A stretch of DNA of 64,000 nt from assembly GCA_038087875.1 (NCBI GenBank), contig CM075978.1:175212001-175276000 (forward strand), written 5' to 3'. The notes below the pieces were generated by a model. It had not been told where the DNA came from and made no database searches. It saw only the letters and a program-made list of their open reading frames with translations. Within the stretch, counting starts at the first letter, position 1, and every line of letters begins with the position of its first letter. Positions 37,901-48,989 of this stretch are shown piece by piece. The translations under genes were made by a program, and so were the position numbers. The DNA comes from Malacoraja senta (taxonomy: Eukaryota).

Positions 37901-39866
37901 GCAGTTTGGGAGAGTAGGTAAATAAGTGGCAGATGGAATACAGCGTAATAAAGTGAACATGTGGAACCCATTCTGTAATCCCTGGTTCGTGTACTCTGAT
38001 TATTTAATGAAGATAACCTCTGAAAAGTTATAATATTCAGCTTTTATTTTCTCTTTAGGAACACGCGTTAAACTCGTCTGCTTTCTGGCGGGTGGATTTG
38101 CCATATGCGTGTTAATTATTCCAGCGCTGGTATTTTATGCCAGGCGGTGCAAATTACACAGTACTGAAGGTAAGAAGTGACTTGATCCTTGTACGAAATT
38201 GGCAACACGGTGCTGGAGTAACTCTGCGGTTTGGCAGCATCTGAGGAGACAATGGATAGTGGACTTTGGGGGTTGAGTCATATGTGAAAAAGGGTCCCGA
38301 CCCGGAACTTCGGCTATCGATGCCCCCCGTAGATGCTGCCTAACCCGCTGAATTACTACAACACTTCGTGTTTTTTCCGAAAATAGCAATGTTCAGTTGA
38401 AGGAGCAACGAGGAGTGCTGAGATAACGATTTAAACCATCGGGCCTTTTCCCGGCCGCAGCATTCTGTGGGAAACAACATTTTAACCGGTTTAAGCCGTT
38501 GGTTGCAAAAGCATAGTTGTCGTTTGTTCTAAAAGAAGGCGCTTTTAAACACTAGGTGAAATGCTGCAAAGGTCGGGTTCTTTAAATAGGGGCAGTTCTC
38601 ACAGGAAAGCGGAAGCAAACCATAGGTTTTCAACTTTTCCGTGTGCTTTTCCTTAGCATTATGACTAACGAGGAGAGGATTTGTTCAAATAACAAGAATA
38701 GCATGACCGCAATGGTCAATTTCTGCAGCCGAACGAATCTGGCCACAACTCGATTTTTAACTGATTATCGGCAGGCAGGTTGTGACACGTTGATGATTAC
38801 ATTTGGTCGTTTTATTATGTTCTCTACTAGCCCCAGAAAACATTGAGGACAGAACTCACCACTTCGAAAAACAGGTAATTTTTTTGGTGGTATAACAAGA
38901 TATAACATATTGTATCATGTTCTGCTAATGGACGTCCGTGATTATAATCACATTGATGGGACAACAGGATGGATACACTTTTCGTGGAACTCTCTATGTG
39001 CCTCGTTTGCCATTTTCCTTATCCTCCCGAATTCTTATGATATAGTCCATGATCGTCAGCGGCTTGCACTTGCGTATCCTTCGAATTATCCTAAACAGTT
39101 TATGTCTAATCCGTCTGTGTCGCGCGGATTATTCACTTCGTGAAGCGTCATAACCGAGGCCCATCCTGTTCCAATTCAAAATTCACACGTCATATTTTTT
39201 GCGGAGTAGCTCGTACTGATATATGACGGAAAAACTGCTAACATGTCTGGGTCCAGAAATCGCGTCAACTCTATATTTTCCTCGAAGTCATCATCCAACA
39301 AACTTCCGGGCAGTGTTCTGCCCCATGCGTTTCACGATTTGGCTAATAGTTCACTAATTATTCAGGAAACTCAAACCAATTAGATACGAATTGCTTCCGT
39401 TTAATTTTATAGTAATCTCATCATAGGGAAGCAACCATATATAGCAATGGAATGACTGGTCGTGCAGACCCAGCTTCCTCCCGCTAATTTTATGTGTGCT
39501 CGTCTTCGCAGTTGTTTGTAAATGCGGAGTTTATTTCCTTTCAAATAAATGTTCCCTCAGTATCGGACGTACGCAGATTTGAACTTCAGCGGACAGAAGA
39601 AAACTACGAAAAACAGACGTCACGAAGAACAAACTACCTATGGCCAGGTAAGGTAAAAGCGGAAGTGTACTGCAAGGAAAATTCATGTACGTCGCCCATA
39701 TAGGGGAATCAGCAGCTCATAATCTCTGATTATTTTTCGATAGGTCAAAGAAGTGTCAGAAAATAAACTGACCTACGCAACTCTGGATCTCACCGCTTCT
39801 CTGAAACATCCAAGAACGGCGAAGAACAATGAAACAGAGTATGCAGGGATCATGATTTTTAAATAG
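25923..39866 (+). CDS. Gene A: SIRP-like IgSF inhibitory receptor, leader-V(J-type)-C1-TM-tail with 4 Tyr motifs, 341 aa; join(25923..25977,26148..26471,33043..33324,38059..38169,38831..38874,39561..39647,39744..39866)
   Basis: All six introns GT..AG, phases 1,1,1,1,0,0 compatible; summed length 1026 nt = 342 codons including stop; coherent domain order. Confidence 0.88.
26148..26471 (+). CDS. Gene A exon 2, Ig V-set domain with J-like G strand
   Basis: tttttaattctgacag acceptor, G/gtgagt donor; VSLYC, VYW, DSGIYYC, SNGTRIIVH. Confidence 0.95.
27870..28080 (+). mobile_element. Degenerate CR1 fragment in gene A intron 2
   Basis: ..agatttacgaggatgttgcca..gagggtctgagctatagggagag.. (RFTRMLP..EGLSYRE). 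Confidence 0.7.
28472..28790 (+). mobile_element. V-SINE (HE1-like), near full length
   Basis: tRNA head with B-box gttcgatcc, V core, tail ..gggccgaaaggcctggttccgcgttgtatctctaaaactaaaa. Confidence 0.88.
29270..30090 (-). mobile_element. Degenerate Rex1/Babar-type LINE 3' fragment
   Basis: Collinear, decayed similarity to 5906-6734 (ELQKVVDTA, SCLKKAAS, RRYRRLK). Confidence 0.75.
30545..30650 (+). mobile_element. V-SINE 5' fragment
   Basis: cacggtggcgcagtggtagagttgc..gttcgatcct..gtctgtacggagtttgtacgttct. Confidence 0.75.
31000..31800 (-). mobile_element. Degenerate CR1 fragments
   Basis: Decayed CR1 RT region (..FHTVR, DDLGKAVD) and CR1-type 3' end sequence. Confidence 0.55.
32390..32870 (+). 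mobile_element. Rex1/Babar-type fragments (3'UTR with aataaactaaaact tail, then an endonuclease fragment)
   Basis: 3'UTR shared with 41700-41930; PSSPDSAVHADSFSIRRMDR matches 8219-8911. Confidence 0.6.
33043..33324 (+). CDS. Gene A exon 3, Ig C1-set domain
   Basis: ttgtttgcag acceptor, G/gtatga donor; LNC..FFP, LTW, YSCNVSH (C1 YxCxVxH signature). Confidence 0.93.
33590..34090 (-). mobile_element. Degenerate CR1 3' fragment
   Basis: Reverse-complement CR1 3'UTR (ggcccttcggcc) and RT end. Confidence 0.6.
34850..35045 (-). mobile_element. V-SINE fragment
   Basis: Reverse complement of the SINE head (gcagcacagtggcgcagc..ggtttgatcct) and core. Confidence 0.7.
35360..36290 (+). mobile_element. 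Two CR1 3' fragments (about 35360-35780 and 36060-36290)
   Basis: GLYSLEFRR, FPIAGE.RTRGHSL, CR1 3'UTR ..gaatggc..aattctactcctat. Confidence 0.75.
37105..37200 (-). repeat. Penelope-type terminal repeat with near-intact hammerhead core
   Basis: Minus strand reads TTGAAGA-A-gggtttcaaccc-GAAA-CGTC-acccatt. Confidence 0.7.
37590..37960 (+). mobile_element. Degenerate CR1 RT fragment
   Basis: KIEAQGING..LARIEDWL.GR.Q.V.I.G, GVLQGSVL, F.DDTK. Confidence 0.7.
38059..38169 (+). CDS. Gene A exon 4, transmembrane exon (GTRVKLVCFLAGGFAICVLIIPALVFYARRCKLHSTE)
   Basis: cttttattttctctttag acceptor, G/gtaaga donor; uncharged hydrophobic stretch followed by RRCK. Confidence 0.9.
38190..38370. repeat. Degenerate head-to-head pair of Penelope-type terminal repeats
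   Basis: gctggagtaactc..gcagcatct / agatgctgcc..ctgaattac inverted arms around a decayed core (gtgaaaa-agggtcccgaccc-ggaac). Confidence 0.6.
38831..38874 (+). CDS. Gene A exon 5, 44-nt cytoplasmic linker (APENIEDRTHHFEKQ)
   Basis: ttctctactag acceptor, CAG/gtaatt donor; phase 1 to 0; same size and phases as gene B exon 61228-61271. Confidence 0.8.
39561..39647 (+). CDS. Gene A exon 6, cytoplasmic (YRTYADLNFSGQKKTTKNRRHEEQTTYGQ)
   Basis: ttccctcag acceptor, CAG/gtaagg donor; TYADLN ITIM-like motif and TTYGQ ITSM start. Confidence 0.85.
39744..39866 (+). CDS. Gene A exon 7, terminal (VKEVSENKLTYATLDLTASLKHPRTAKNNETEYAGIMIFK*)
   Basis: tatttttcgatag acceptor; ITIM LTYATL, ITSM TEYAGI, TAG stop. 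Confidence 0.88.
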   Translation, partial: VKEVSENKLTYATLDLTASLKHPRTAKNNETEYAGIMIFK

Positions 39867-40055
39867 CTGTGAAATCAGCAAGCGTCCATTCACTCTAAAG
39901 CCAACGATATTTAAATTACATAAACCTGATTAACATTGTGTCACAGATCGCTCAGATACATTATCATTTACAAGACAATGCGCAGTGAGCAGGGGATTTT
40001 AATGAGAGATGATCTACTCTGATGAATGTTACCCTTCTTAAGAGATGTTCAGCAC

Positions 40056-40061
40056 AATAAA
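40056..40061 (+). terminator. Candidate polyadenylation signal of gene A
   Basis: AATAAA about 190 nt after the stop codon. Confidence 0.45.
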
Positions 40062-40399
40062 TGCCTTTCACCGCAAATCCTAGCTAACCGCATCAGATCA
40101 TCTCTCTACTTTTTTCCTATCTAAGTGCCTGGGGAAATGCAAGTGAAAGGCTGTATTTTTGTCTGCCTCCACCAACTCCTTGCCAGCTCGTCCATGGTAG
40201 TAACCACATTCTGTGTACATAATTATCCCACGCTTTTCTACTCATCTCATCTTAAGCATTCGCTCGTCAGTTAAACATTTATCCACAATATTAAGATAAA
40301 GACCCTGAATATATAATCTGTCTGTACTCCTCATACTTAAAGAAAACTGAACAGATGCACCGTATAAAGCATTTTATCGGGATGTATCACAGCTGGTTT

Positions 40400-41930
40400 G
40401 GGAATTGCTCCATCCAAGACCGCAAGATATGGCAGAGAATTGTCGATCAGCCCAGACCGTCACGCAAACCATCTCCCTGCCAATAACTCAATCTACATTC
40501 CACGCTCCATCTTCTCCCCTCACCTACCAGGCAAGAGGTACAGAAGTATGAAAACCCATAGTCCAGATCCAGTGACAGTTTCTTCCCAGCTGTTATCGTT
40601 TCATTTGGATGAGAACATACAGGGCAAGATTGTTGATGATACTAAAGTGAGTGGTTTTGCAGATAGTAAAGATGGTTGTGAAATATTGCAGCAGGATCTG
40701 GATCGATTGGCCAGGTGGGCTGAGTAATGGTTGATGGAATACGAGAAGTGTGAGTTGTTGCATTTTGGGACGTCTAACAAGGGCAAGACCTACACAGTAA
40801 ATGATAGGCATCTGGGGAGTGTTGTAGAGCAGTTGGGTCTAAGTGCAGGTGCATGGTTCCTTGAAGGTCGAGTCGCAGGTAGTTAAGGAGGTCAAAAAGG
40901 CTTTTCGCACTTTGGCCTTCATCAGTCTGAGTATTGTGTATATAAGTTGAGAGGTGTGTAAGAAGGCGCTGCAGATGCTGGTTTAAACCGAAGATTGAAA
41001 CATAAAACTGGAGTAACTAAACGGGACAGGCAGTAACTCTGGAGAGAAGGAATGGGCGACGTTTCGGGTCGAGACCCTTCTACAAGTTGTGAGGACATGT
41101 TGCAGGTGAAAAATACGTAGGTGAGACCACATTTAGAATATTGTGTTCAGTTCTGGACACCATGTGATAGGAAATATATTGTCAAGCTTGAAACGGTTCA
41201 GAAAAGATTTACGAGGATGTTGCCAGGACTAGAGGGCGTGAGCTACAAGGAGAGATTGAGTAGGCTGGGTCTCTATTCCTTGGAATGCAGGAGGATGAGG
41301 GGTGATCTTATAGAGGTGTACAAAATCATGAGATAAATAAATCGGGTAGATGCACAGAGTCTCTTTCCCAGAGTCGGGGAATCGAGGACCACAGTACACA
41401 GGTTCAAGATGAAGGGGAAAAGATTTAATACGAATGTTTTGCACACAATGGATGGTGGGTGTATGGAACAAGCTGTCAGAGGAGGTAGTTGAGGCTGGGA
41501 CTATCCCATCGTTTAAGATACAGTTAGACATGCACATAGATAGGACAGGTTTGGAGGGATATGGACCAAGCGCAGGCAGGTGGTACTAGTGTAGCTGGGA
41601 CATGTTGGCCAGCGTGGACAAGTTGGGCCGAAGGGCCTGTTGCCACACTGTATTACTCTATGACTTTCTATGACTCTATGAGGCAACTAAACGATCCTAT
41701 CACCAACTAGCGAGCTGTCCTGTGCTATCGTCTACCTCATTGGTGACCTTCTGACTGTCTCTAATCGGACTTACTGGACTTGCACTAAACTTTACTTCGT
41801 TTATCCTGTATCTGTACACTGTGGGCGCTTGATTGTAATAATGTAAATCTTTTCGCTGATTGGATAGCATGCGACAGAAAATATTTTCACTGTACCTCGG
41901 TACAGGTGACAATAAACTAAATTAAAATAA
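40400..41930 (+). mobile_element. Patchwork of decayed Rex1/Babar and CR1 fragments with a Penelope-type repeat (40960-41080, minus)
   Basis: RPHLEYCVQFW..RFTRMLPGLEG..SYKERL at 41121-41336; Rex-type 3'UTR at 41700-41930. Confidence 0.7.
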
Positions 41931-42109
41931 AATAAACGTTCCACTGCGAATAAACCCATCACTCTCAACCTCTATTTATATGAGAGGTTATGTCTGGCGA
42001 ATGTCAAGCGAATGGCTGCTGCACTCTCCTGATCCTTTTAAACTTAGTCATGCACTCGCCAAAGGTAAATCAGCTAAAGCCAGACAAAGCCGTTAAATAG
42101 TCCCAATTG

Positions 42110-44440
42110 TAGGAAATGAGACAGGGCAGGTGGTGGTGGTATGCGTTGGGGAGCACTTCGGGTACAGTGATCACAATACCATTCGTTTCAATATAATTAT
42201 GGAGAGGGTCAGAACCTAGGGTTGAGATTTTTCATTGGAGAAAGGCTAACTTTGAGGAGATGCGAAAGGATTTAAAAGGAGTGAATTGGAACATGTTGTT
42301 TTATGGGAAGGATGTAGAAGAGAAATGGAGGACATTTAAAGGTGAAATTTTAAGAGTACAGAATCTTTATGTCCCTGTTCGGTTGAAAGGAAATAGTAAA
42401 AATTTGAAAGAGCCATGGTTTTCAAGGGAAATTGGTCACGGTTCGGAAAAAGAGAGAGATCTACAATAATTATAGGCAGCATGGAGTAAATGAGGTGCTT
42501 GAGGAGTATAAAGAATGTAAAAAGAATATTAAGAAAGAAATTAAAAAAGCCAAAACAAGATATGAGGTTGCTTTGGCAAGTAAGGTGAAAGTAAATCCAA
42601 ATGGTTTCTACAGCTATATTAATAGCAAAAGGATAACAAGGAATAAAATTGGTCCATTAGAGAGTCAGAGTGGACAGCTATCTGCAGAGCCAAAAGAGAT
42701 GGGGGAGATATTGAACAATTTATTTTCTTCGTTATTCACCAAGGAGAAGGATATTGAATTATGTGAGGTAAGGGAAACAAGCAGAGTAGCAATGGAAACT
42801 ATGAGATTCAAAGAAGAGGAGGTGTGGACACTTTTGAAAAATATGAAAACCGATAAGTCTCCAGGTCCTGACAGGATATTCCCTCGGACATTGAGGGAAG
42901 TTAGTGTAGAAATAGCAGGGGCTATGACAGAAATATTTCAAATGTCATTAGAAACTGGAATAGTGCCGGAGGATTGGCGTACTGCGCATGTTGTTCCGTT
43001 GTTTAAAAAGGGTTATATGAGTAAACCTAGCAATTATAGACCTGTTAGTTTGACGTCAGTGGTGGGCAAATTAATGGAAAGGATACTTAGAGATAATATA
43101 TATAAGCATCTGGATAAGCAGGGTCTGATTAGGAAGAGTCAACATGGATTTGTCCCTGGAAGGTCAAACGACTAATCTTCTTGAATTTTTCGAAGAGGTT
43201 ACTAGGGAAATTGATGAGGGTAAAGCAGTGGATGTTGTCTATATGGACTTCAGTAAGGCCTTTGACAAGATTCCTTATGGAAGGTTGGTTAAGAAGATTC
43301 AATTGTTGGGTATTAATGGTGGAGTAGCAAGATGGATTCAACAGTGGCTGAATGGGAGATGCCAGAGAGTAATGGTGGATGGCTGTTTGTCAGGGTAGAG
43401 GCCGGTGACTAGTGGGGTGCCTCAGGGGTCTGTGTTGGGTTCACTGTTGTTTGTCATGTACATCAATGATCTGGATGATGGTGTGGAAAATTGGATTAGT
43501 AAGTATGCAGATGATACTAAGATAGGTGATGTTGTGGATAATGAAGTAGATTTTCAAAGTGTACAGAGAGATTTAGGCCATTTGGAAGAGTGGCCTGAAA
43601 GATGGCAGATGGAGTTTAATGCTGATAAATGTGAGGTGCTACGTCTTGGCAGGACAAATCAAAATAGGACGTACATGGTAAATGGTAACGAATTGAGGAA
43701 TGCAGTTGAACAGAGGGATCTAGGAATAACTGTGCATAGTTCCCTGAAGGTGGAATCTCATGTGGATAGGGTGGTAAAGAAAGCTTTTGGTGTGCTGGCC
43801 TTTACAAATCAGAGCATTGAATATAGAAGTTGGGATGTAATGTTAAAATTGTACATGGCATTGGTGAGGCCAATTCTGGAGTACGGAGTACAATTTTGGT
43901 CGCCTAATTATAGGAAGGATGGCAACAAAATAGAGAGAGTACAGAGGAGATTTACTAGAATGTTGCCTGGGTTTCAGCAACTAAGTTACAGAGAAAGGTT
44001 GAACAAGTTAGGTCTTTATTCTTTGGAGTGCACAAGGTTAAGGGGGGACTTGATAGAGGTCTTTAAAATGATGAGCGGGTTAGACAGAGTTGACGTGGAT
44101 AAGCTTTTCCCATTGAGAGTAGGGAAGATTCAAACAAGGGGACATGACTTGAGAATTAAGGGACAGAAGTTTAGGGGTAACATGAGGGGGAACTTCTTTA
44201 CTCAGAGAGTGGTAGCTGTGTAGAATGAGCTTCCAGTGGAAGTGGTGGAGGCAGGTTCGATTTTATCCTTTAAAAATAGATTGGATGGGTATATGGACGG
44301 GAAAGGAATGGAGGGTTATGGTCTGAGTGCGGGTAGATGGGACTAGGGAGAAGAAAGAAGAAAGAAGGGGAAAAAAGGTTCGGCACGGACTTGAAGGGCC
44401 GAGATGGCCTGTTTCCGTGCTGTAATGGTTATATGGTTAT
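42110..44440 (+). mobile_element. Young 5'-truncated CR1 (subfamily with (GTTATATG)n tail), with a few stops and frameshifts
   Basis: ORF pieces 42260-44223 (NYRPVSLTS, YMDFSKAFD, GVPQGSVLG, KYADD); near-identical to 54280-56364. Confidence 0.93.
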
Positions 44441-44739
44441 TGTACGTTAGCCCTACTGTTCATTACGTCGACGAAATTGAGTTACCACTAAACTACTAAG
44501 ATGATGAATTCGAAATAAAATTGCTTCTTTAGATCTACCTTGACCTTAGTTAACCTAGGACAAGTTATTTGATTACATCGTGGGAAGATCGCCGAACAAT
44601 CAGAAACAATGTGTCAATTAAATGAAAGAAAACGTGAAGACAGAAAGCAAGGACTCCCAACAGTTATCTGTTCCACGCATGACTTTTGTAACCTGAACAC
44701 TTGTGCAATCTCAATCTCCCAATTACTGAACGCTCAAGA

Positions 44740-45210
44740 ATGAAGGGTGTTGCAGAAAGTGTTCGATATTGCCCGGTCCTTCACGGGTGCTGACTTCCCC
44801 AACATCGAAGCAGGTAGGAAGCAGTACTACATAGAGACAGCTAATATAGTCGAAGACGTACACCACCATTGCCATGCTTACGTTTCACTTTCACCATCGG
44901 GATGAAGGTAGAAGAGCATGAGGGCCCAGGTTCCAGGCTCAGGAACAGTTTATCTCTATTGACCATCAGATTCCTAACCATCCTGCATAATCTAACCCAC
45001 AAACCTACCTCAATACCAAATTACTACCGAATTTGCACTACTCCAGTTGCTCTACTGCTTTGGCTTTTGCACTATCATGGTTCAGTTTACGAAGATTAAC
45101 CAATGATCTATTGTATACTTAATTTTGTTGTGCCCGTGAAGCTGCAGAGTAAGAATTTCAATGTTCAGTTCATACCCGGTGCATATGGCAAATAAATACA
45201 TTTGAACTTC
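44740..45210 (+). mobile_element. Degenerate Rex1/Babar-type 3' fragment
   Basis: Decayed similarity to the 3' end of the 5906-9100 element. Confidence 0.5.
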
Positions 45211-45989
45211 AACTCTATTGAAAAGCAATTCCGCACCAAAAGTGTTTAATCAGAAATGATACCTTTTTTTCAACTTGCTGCCTAGCAAAACATAATTTAA
45301 GGATAAGTTTAACAAATCTGAGGTGTCATAGATACAAAAGTAGACATAAGGATGCCACACATTGTGATAGAATGACGGATGTGATTTAAATAAAGACCAC
45401 CTTCTTCTCAGTGTAGCACTAATTTAGCGACTGTTTTGTTTTCGCAATGGAGTCATGAATAAACACCCGGAATGTTTCCCTATCATAATGTACCGTGTCA
45501 CATGGGGTCATGCGTTTCAAAAACGCACCCTCCCGCCAATTCTGTACATGTGAACCATCAAGCACCCATTAACATGAAATCAATTTTTATTCGCCTATCA
45601 GTACAACCAACACTACAACCCTCATCGGCCTAACACTCTCCTTCAGATTTGACCACTAAATTTCACAAAATACGTGATCAAGTAACCTACTAACCCACGA
45701 GGAACGTGCAAGGAAACTGGCGCAAGCAGAGGAAAAGCAATTGAGTTTACTCACTCCACACCGACTGCCGGGAATGAACCTCAAGCAGGGAAGCATTATT
45801 TGCTGCACAATTCCTCCACTAACAGAGCTGCTGGCATTATGCAATGGCCCTATTATGTTTGATGATACTGAGAAACTGCGACAACTATTTGAAATCCGAG
45901 AATACTTTTCATGTAGGATGGAGCACACTTTGAAGATGAAAAGATATGGGAATGGGATGGGAATTGAGGTGATTCGCAACCGGGCAATC

Positions 45990-46400
45990 CAGCAGACCTA
46001 GGTGGAGGCAATGTATGTTTTCGGTTAAACTATGCCCAATCTACGCTTGGTGTCGCCGATATAAAGTGGGGTACATGTGGGGCAGCGAATTCAGTACATG
46101 AGATTAAATGGTGTGCATGTGACCCTCTGTCTCACAAGGAAGGGCTGCTGGGGTCCTGAATGGAAGTTAGGGAGGAGATGTAGGGAAAGGTGCCAACCTC
46201 TTGTTCGGCTCGCCCCACCCCCTCACTTTAATTAAACTGAAAAAGGGTCCCGCCCCACACCCACACCCCCACTATAATTAGTCTGAAGAAAGGACCCAGT
46301 CACCTCTCAATATCTTCCGAAAATGCAGCCTGGCCCTCAGTGTTACACCAACACCGTGTTTGTTTTGTAACCCACGCAGCATCTGCAGTTACTTGTCATG
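45990..46400 (-). mobile_element. Penelope-like element remnant: GIY-YIG endonuclease fragment (minus) next to an inverted terminal repeat
   Basis: Minus-strand translation LMY*IRCPTCTPLYIGDTKRRLG at about 46035-46102; ctgaagaaagg.. repeat at about 46283. Confidence 0.7.
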
Positions 46401-46439
46401 AAGACTGGGATTGGTAGAGCATGATCTTTGCCCGAAAAA

Positions 46440-48632
46440 TCAAGTTATACAGTATTGGCCAAGATTGACTGGCAATTAATTCTAAAAGGGTTGACGGTGG
46501 ATATGCAATGGAAGGCATTTAAAGACTGCATGGATGAACTACAAAAATTGTTCATCCCAGTTTGGCAAAAGAATAAATCAGGGAAGGTAGTGCATCCATG
46601 GATAATAAGGGAAATCAGGGATGGTATCAAAGCGAAGGATGATGCGTACAAATTAGCCAGAAAAAGCAGCATACTGGGAGAAATTCAGAGACCAGCAGAG
46701 GAGGACAAAGGGCTTAATTAGGAAAGGAAAAATAGATTATGAAAGAAAACTGGCAGGGAACATAAAAACTGACTGCAAAGGTTTTTATAGATATGTAAAA
46801 AGAAAGAGATTAGTTAAAACAAATATAGGTCCCTTGCAGTCAGAAACAGGTGAGTTGATCATGGGGAACAAGGATATGGCGGACCAATTGAATAACTACT
46901 TTGGTTCCTTCTTCACTAAGGAAGACATAAATAATCTGCCGGAAATAGTAGGGGACCGCGGGTCAAAGGAGTTGGAGGAATTGAGTGAAATCCAGGTTAG
47001 TCGGGAAGTGGTTTGGGGTAAATTGAATGGATTAAAGGCCGATAAATCCCCAGGGCCAGATAGGCTGCATCCCAGAGTACTTAAGGAAGTAGCTCCAGAA
47101 ATAGTGGATGCATTAGTAATAATCTTTCAAAACTCTTTAGATTCTGGAGTAGTTCCTGAGGATTGGCGGGTAGCAAACGTAACCCCACTTTTTAAGAAGG
47201 GAGGGAGAGAGAAAACGGGGAATTACAGACCAGTTAGTCTAACATCGGTAGTGGGGAAACTGCTAGAGTCAGTTATTAAAGATGGGATAGCAGCACATTT
47301 GGAAAGTGGTGAAATCATTGGACAAATTCAGCATGGATTTACGAAAGGTAAATCATGTCTGACGAATCTTATGGAATTTTTCGAGGATGTAACTAGTAGC
47401 GTGGATAGGGGAGAACCAGTGGATGTGGTGTATCTGGACTTCCAGAAGGCTTTCGACAAGGTCCCACATAAGAGATTAGTATACAAACTTAAAGCACATG
47501 GCATTGGGGGTTCAGTATTGATGTGGATAGAGAACTGGCTGGCAAACAGGAAGCAAAGAGTAGGAGTAAACGGGTCCTTTTCACAATGGCAGGCAGTGAC
47601 TAGAGGGGTACCGCAAGGCTCAGTGCTGGGACCCCAGCTATTTACAATATATATTAATGAACTGGATGAGGGAATTGAAGGCAATATCTCCAAGTTTGCG
47701 GATGACACTAAGCTGGGGGGCAGTGTTAGCTGTGAGGAGGATGCTAGGAGACTGCAAGGTGACTTGGATAGGCTGGGTGAGTGGGCAAATGTTTGGCAGA
47801 TGCAGTATAATGTGCATAAATGTGAGGTTATCCATTTTGGTGGCAAAAACAGGAAAGCAGACTAATATCTAAATGGTGGCCGACTAGGAAAAGGGGAGAT
47901 GCAGCGAGACCTGGGTGTCATGGTACACCAGTCATTGACAGTAGGCGTGAAGGTGCAGCAGGCAGTGAAGAAAGCGAATGGTATGTTAGCTTTCATAGCA
48001 AAAGGATTTGAGTATAGGAGCAGGGAGGTTCTACTGCAGTTGTACAGGGTCTTGGTGAGACCACACCTGGAGTATTGCGTACAGTTTTGGTCTCCAAATC
48101 TGAGGAAGGACATTATTGCCATAGAGGGAGTGCAGAGAAGGTTCACCAGACTGATTCCTAGGATGTCAGGACTGTCTTATGAAGAAAGACTGGATAGACT
48201 TGGTTTATACTCTCTAGAATTTAGGAGATTGAGAGGGAATCTTATAGAAACTTACAAAATTCTTAAGGGGTTGGACAGGCTAGATGCAGGAAGATTGCTC
48301 CCGATGTTGGGGAATTCCAGGACAAGGGGTCACAGCTTAAGGATAAGGGGGAAATCCTTTAAAACCGAGATGAGAAGAACTTTTTTCACACAGAGAGTGG
48401 TGAATCTCAGGAACTCTCTGCCACAGAGGGTAGTCGAGGCCAGTTCATTGGCTATATTTAAGAGGGAGTTAGATGTGGCCCTTGTGGCTAAAGGGATCAG
48501 AGGGTATGGAGAGAAGGCAGGTACGGGATACTGAGTTGGATGATCAGCCATGATCATATTGAATGGCGGTGCAGGCTTGAAGGGCCGAATGGCCTACTCC
48601 TGCACCTAATTTCTATGTTTCTATGTTTCTAT
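46440..48632 (+). mobile_element. Young 5'-truncated CR1 (subfamily with (TTTCTATG)n tail)
   Basis: RT 46834-47865 and 47899-48534 separated by a single TAA; very similar to 10891-11896. Confidence 0.94.
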
Positions 48633-48989
48633 AACAATTTTGCGTGGAGCCAATCGGTGGTGAAGCAAAGGGAGTTGCTTCAAACAATGGTAGGATGTAG
48701 ATCAAATTGAAGATTAGGCGGAGAATCACCAGATCTAATGTATCCATGACAAGTGCGACGTGGTGTTTTTTAAGAAGTCACATAAGCAAAGAACATGTAC
48801 AGTGATTGAGAGGCTCAAACGATTATTGATGAATAGACAGACATTGTTTACAAGTCCATACTACAATAAAAGTCACAACGAAATTGGACAGAGTGGCGAA
48901 GAAGGCGGATTGCAAGCTTGCCTTCTTAGCTCGGGGCATGGGACATGGAACAGCTGGAACAGACATTACATTGTAACTCTACAAAACAC

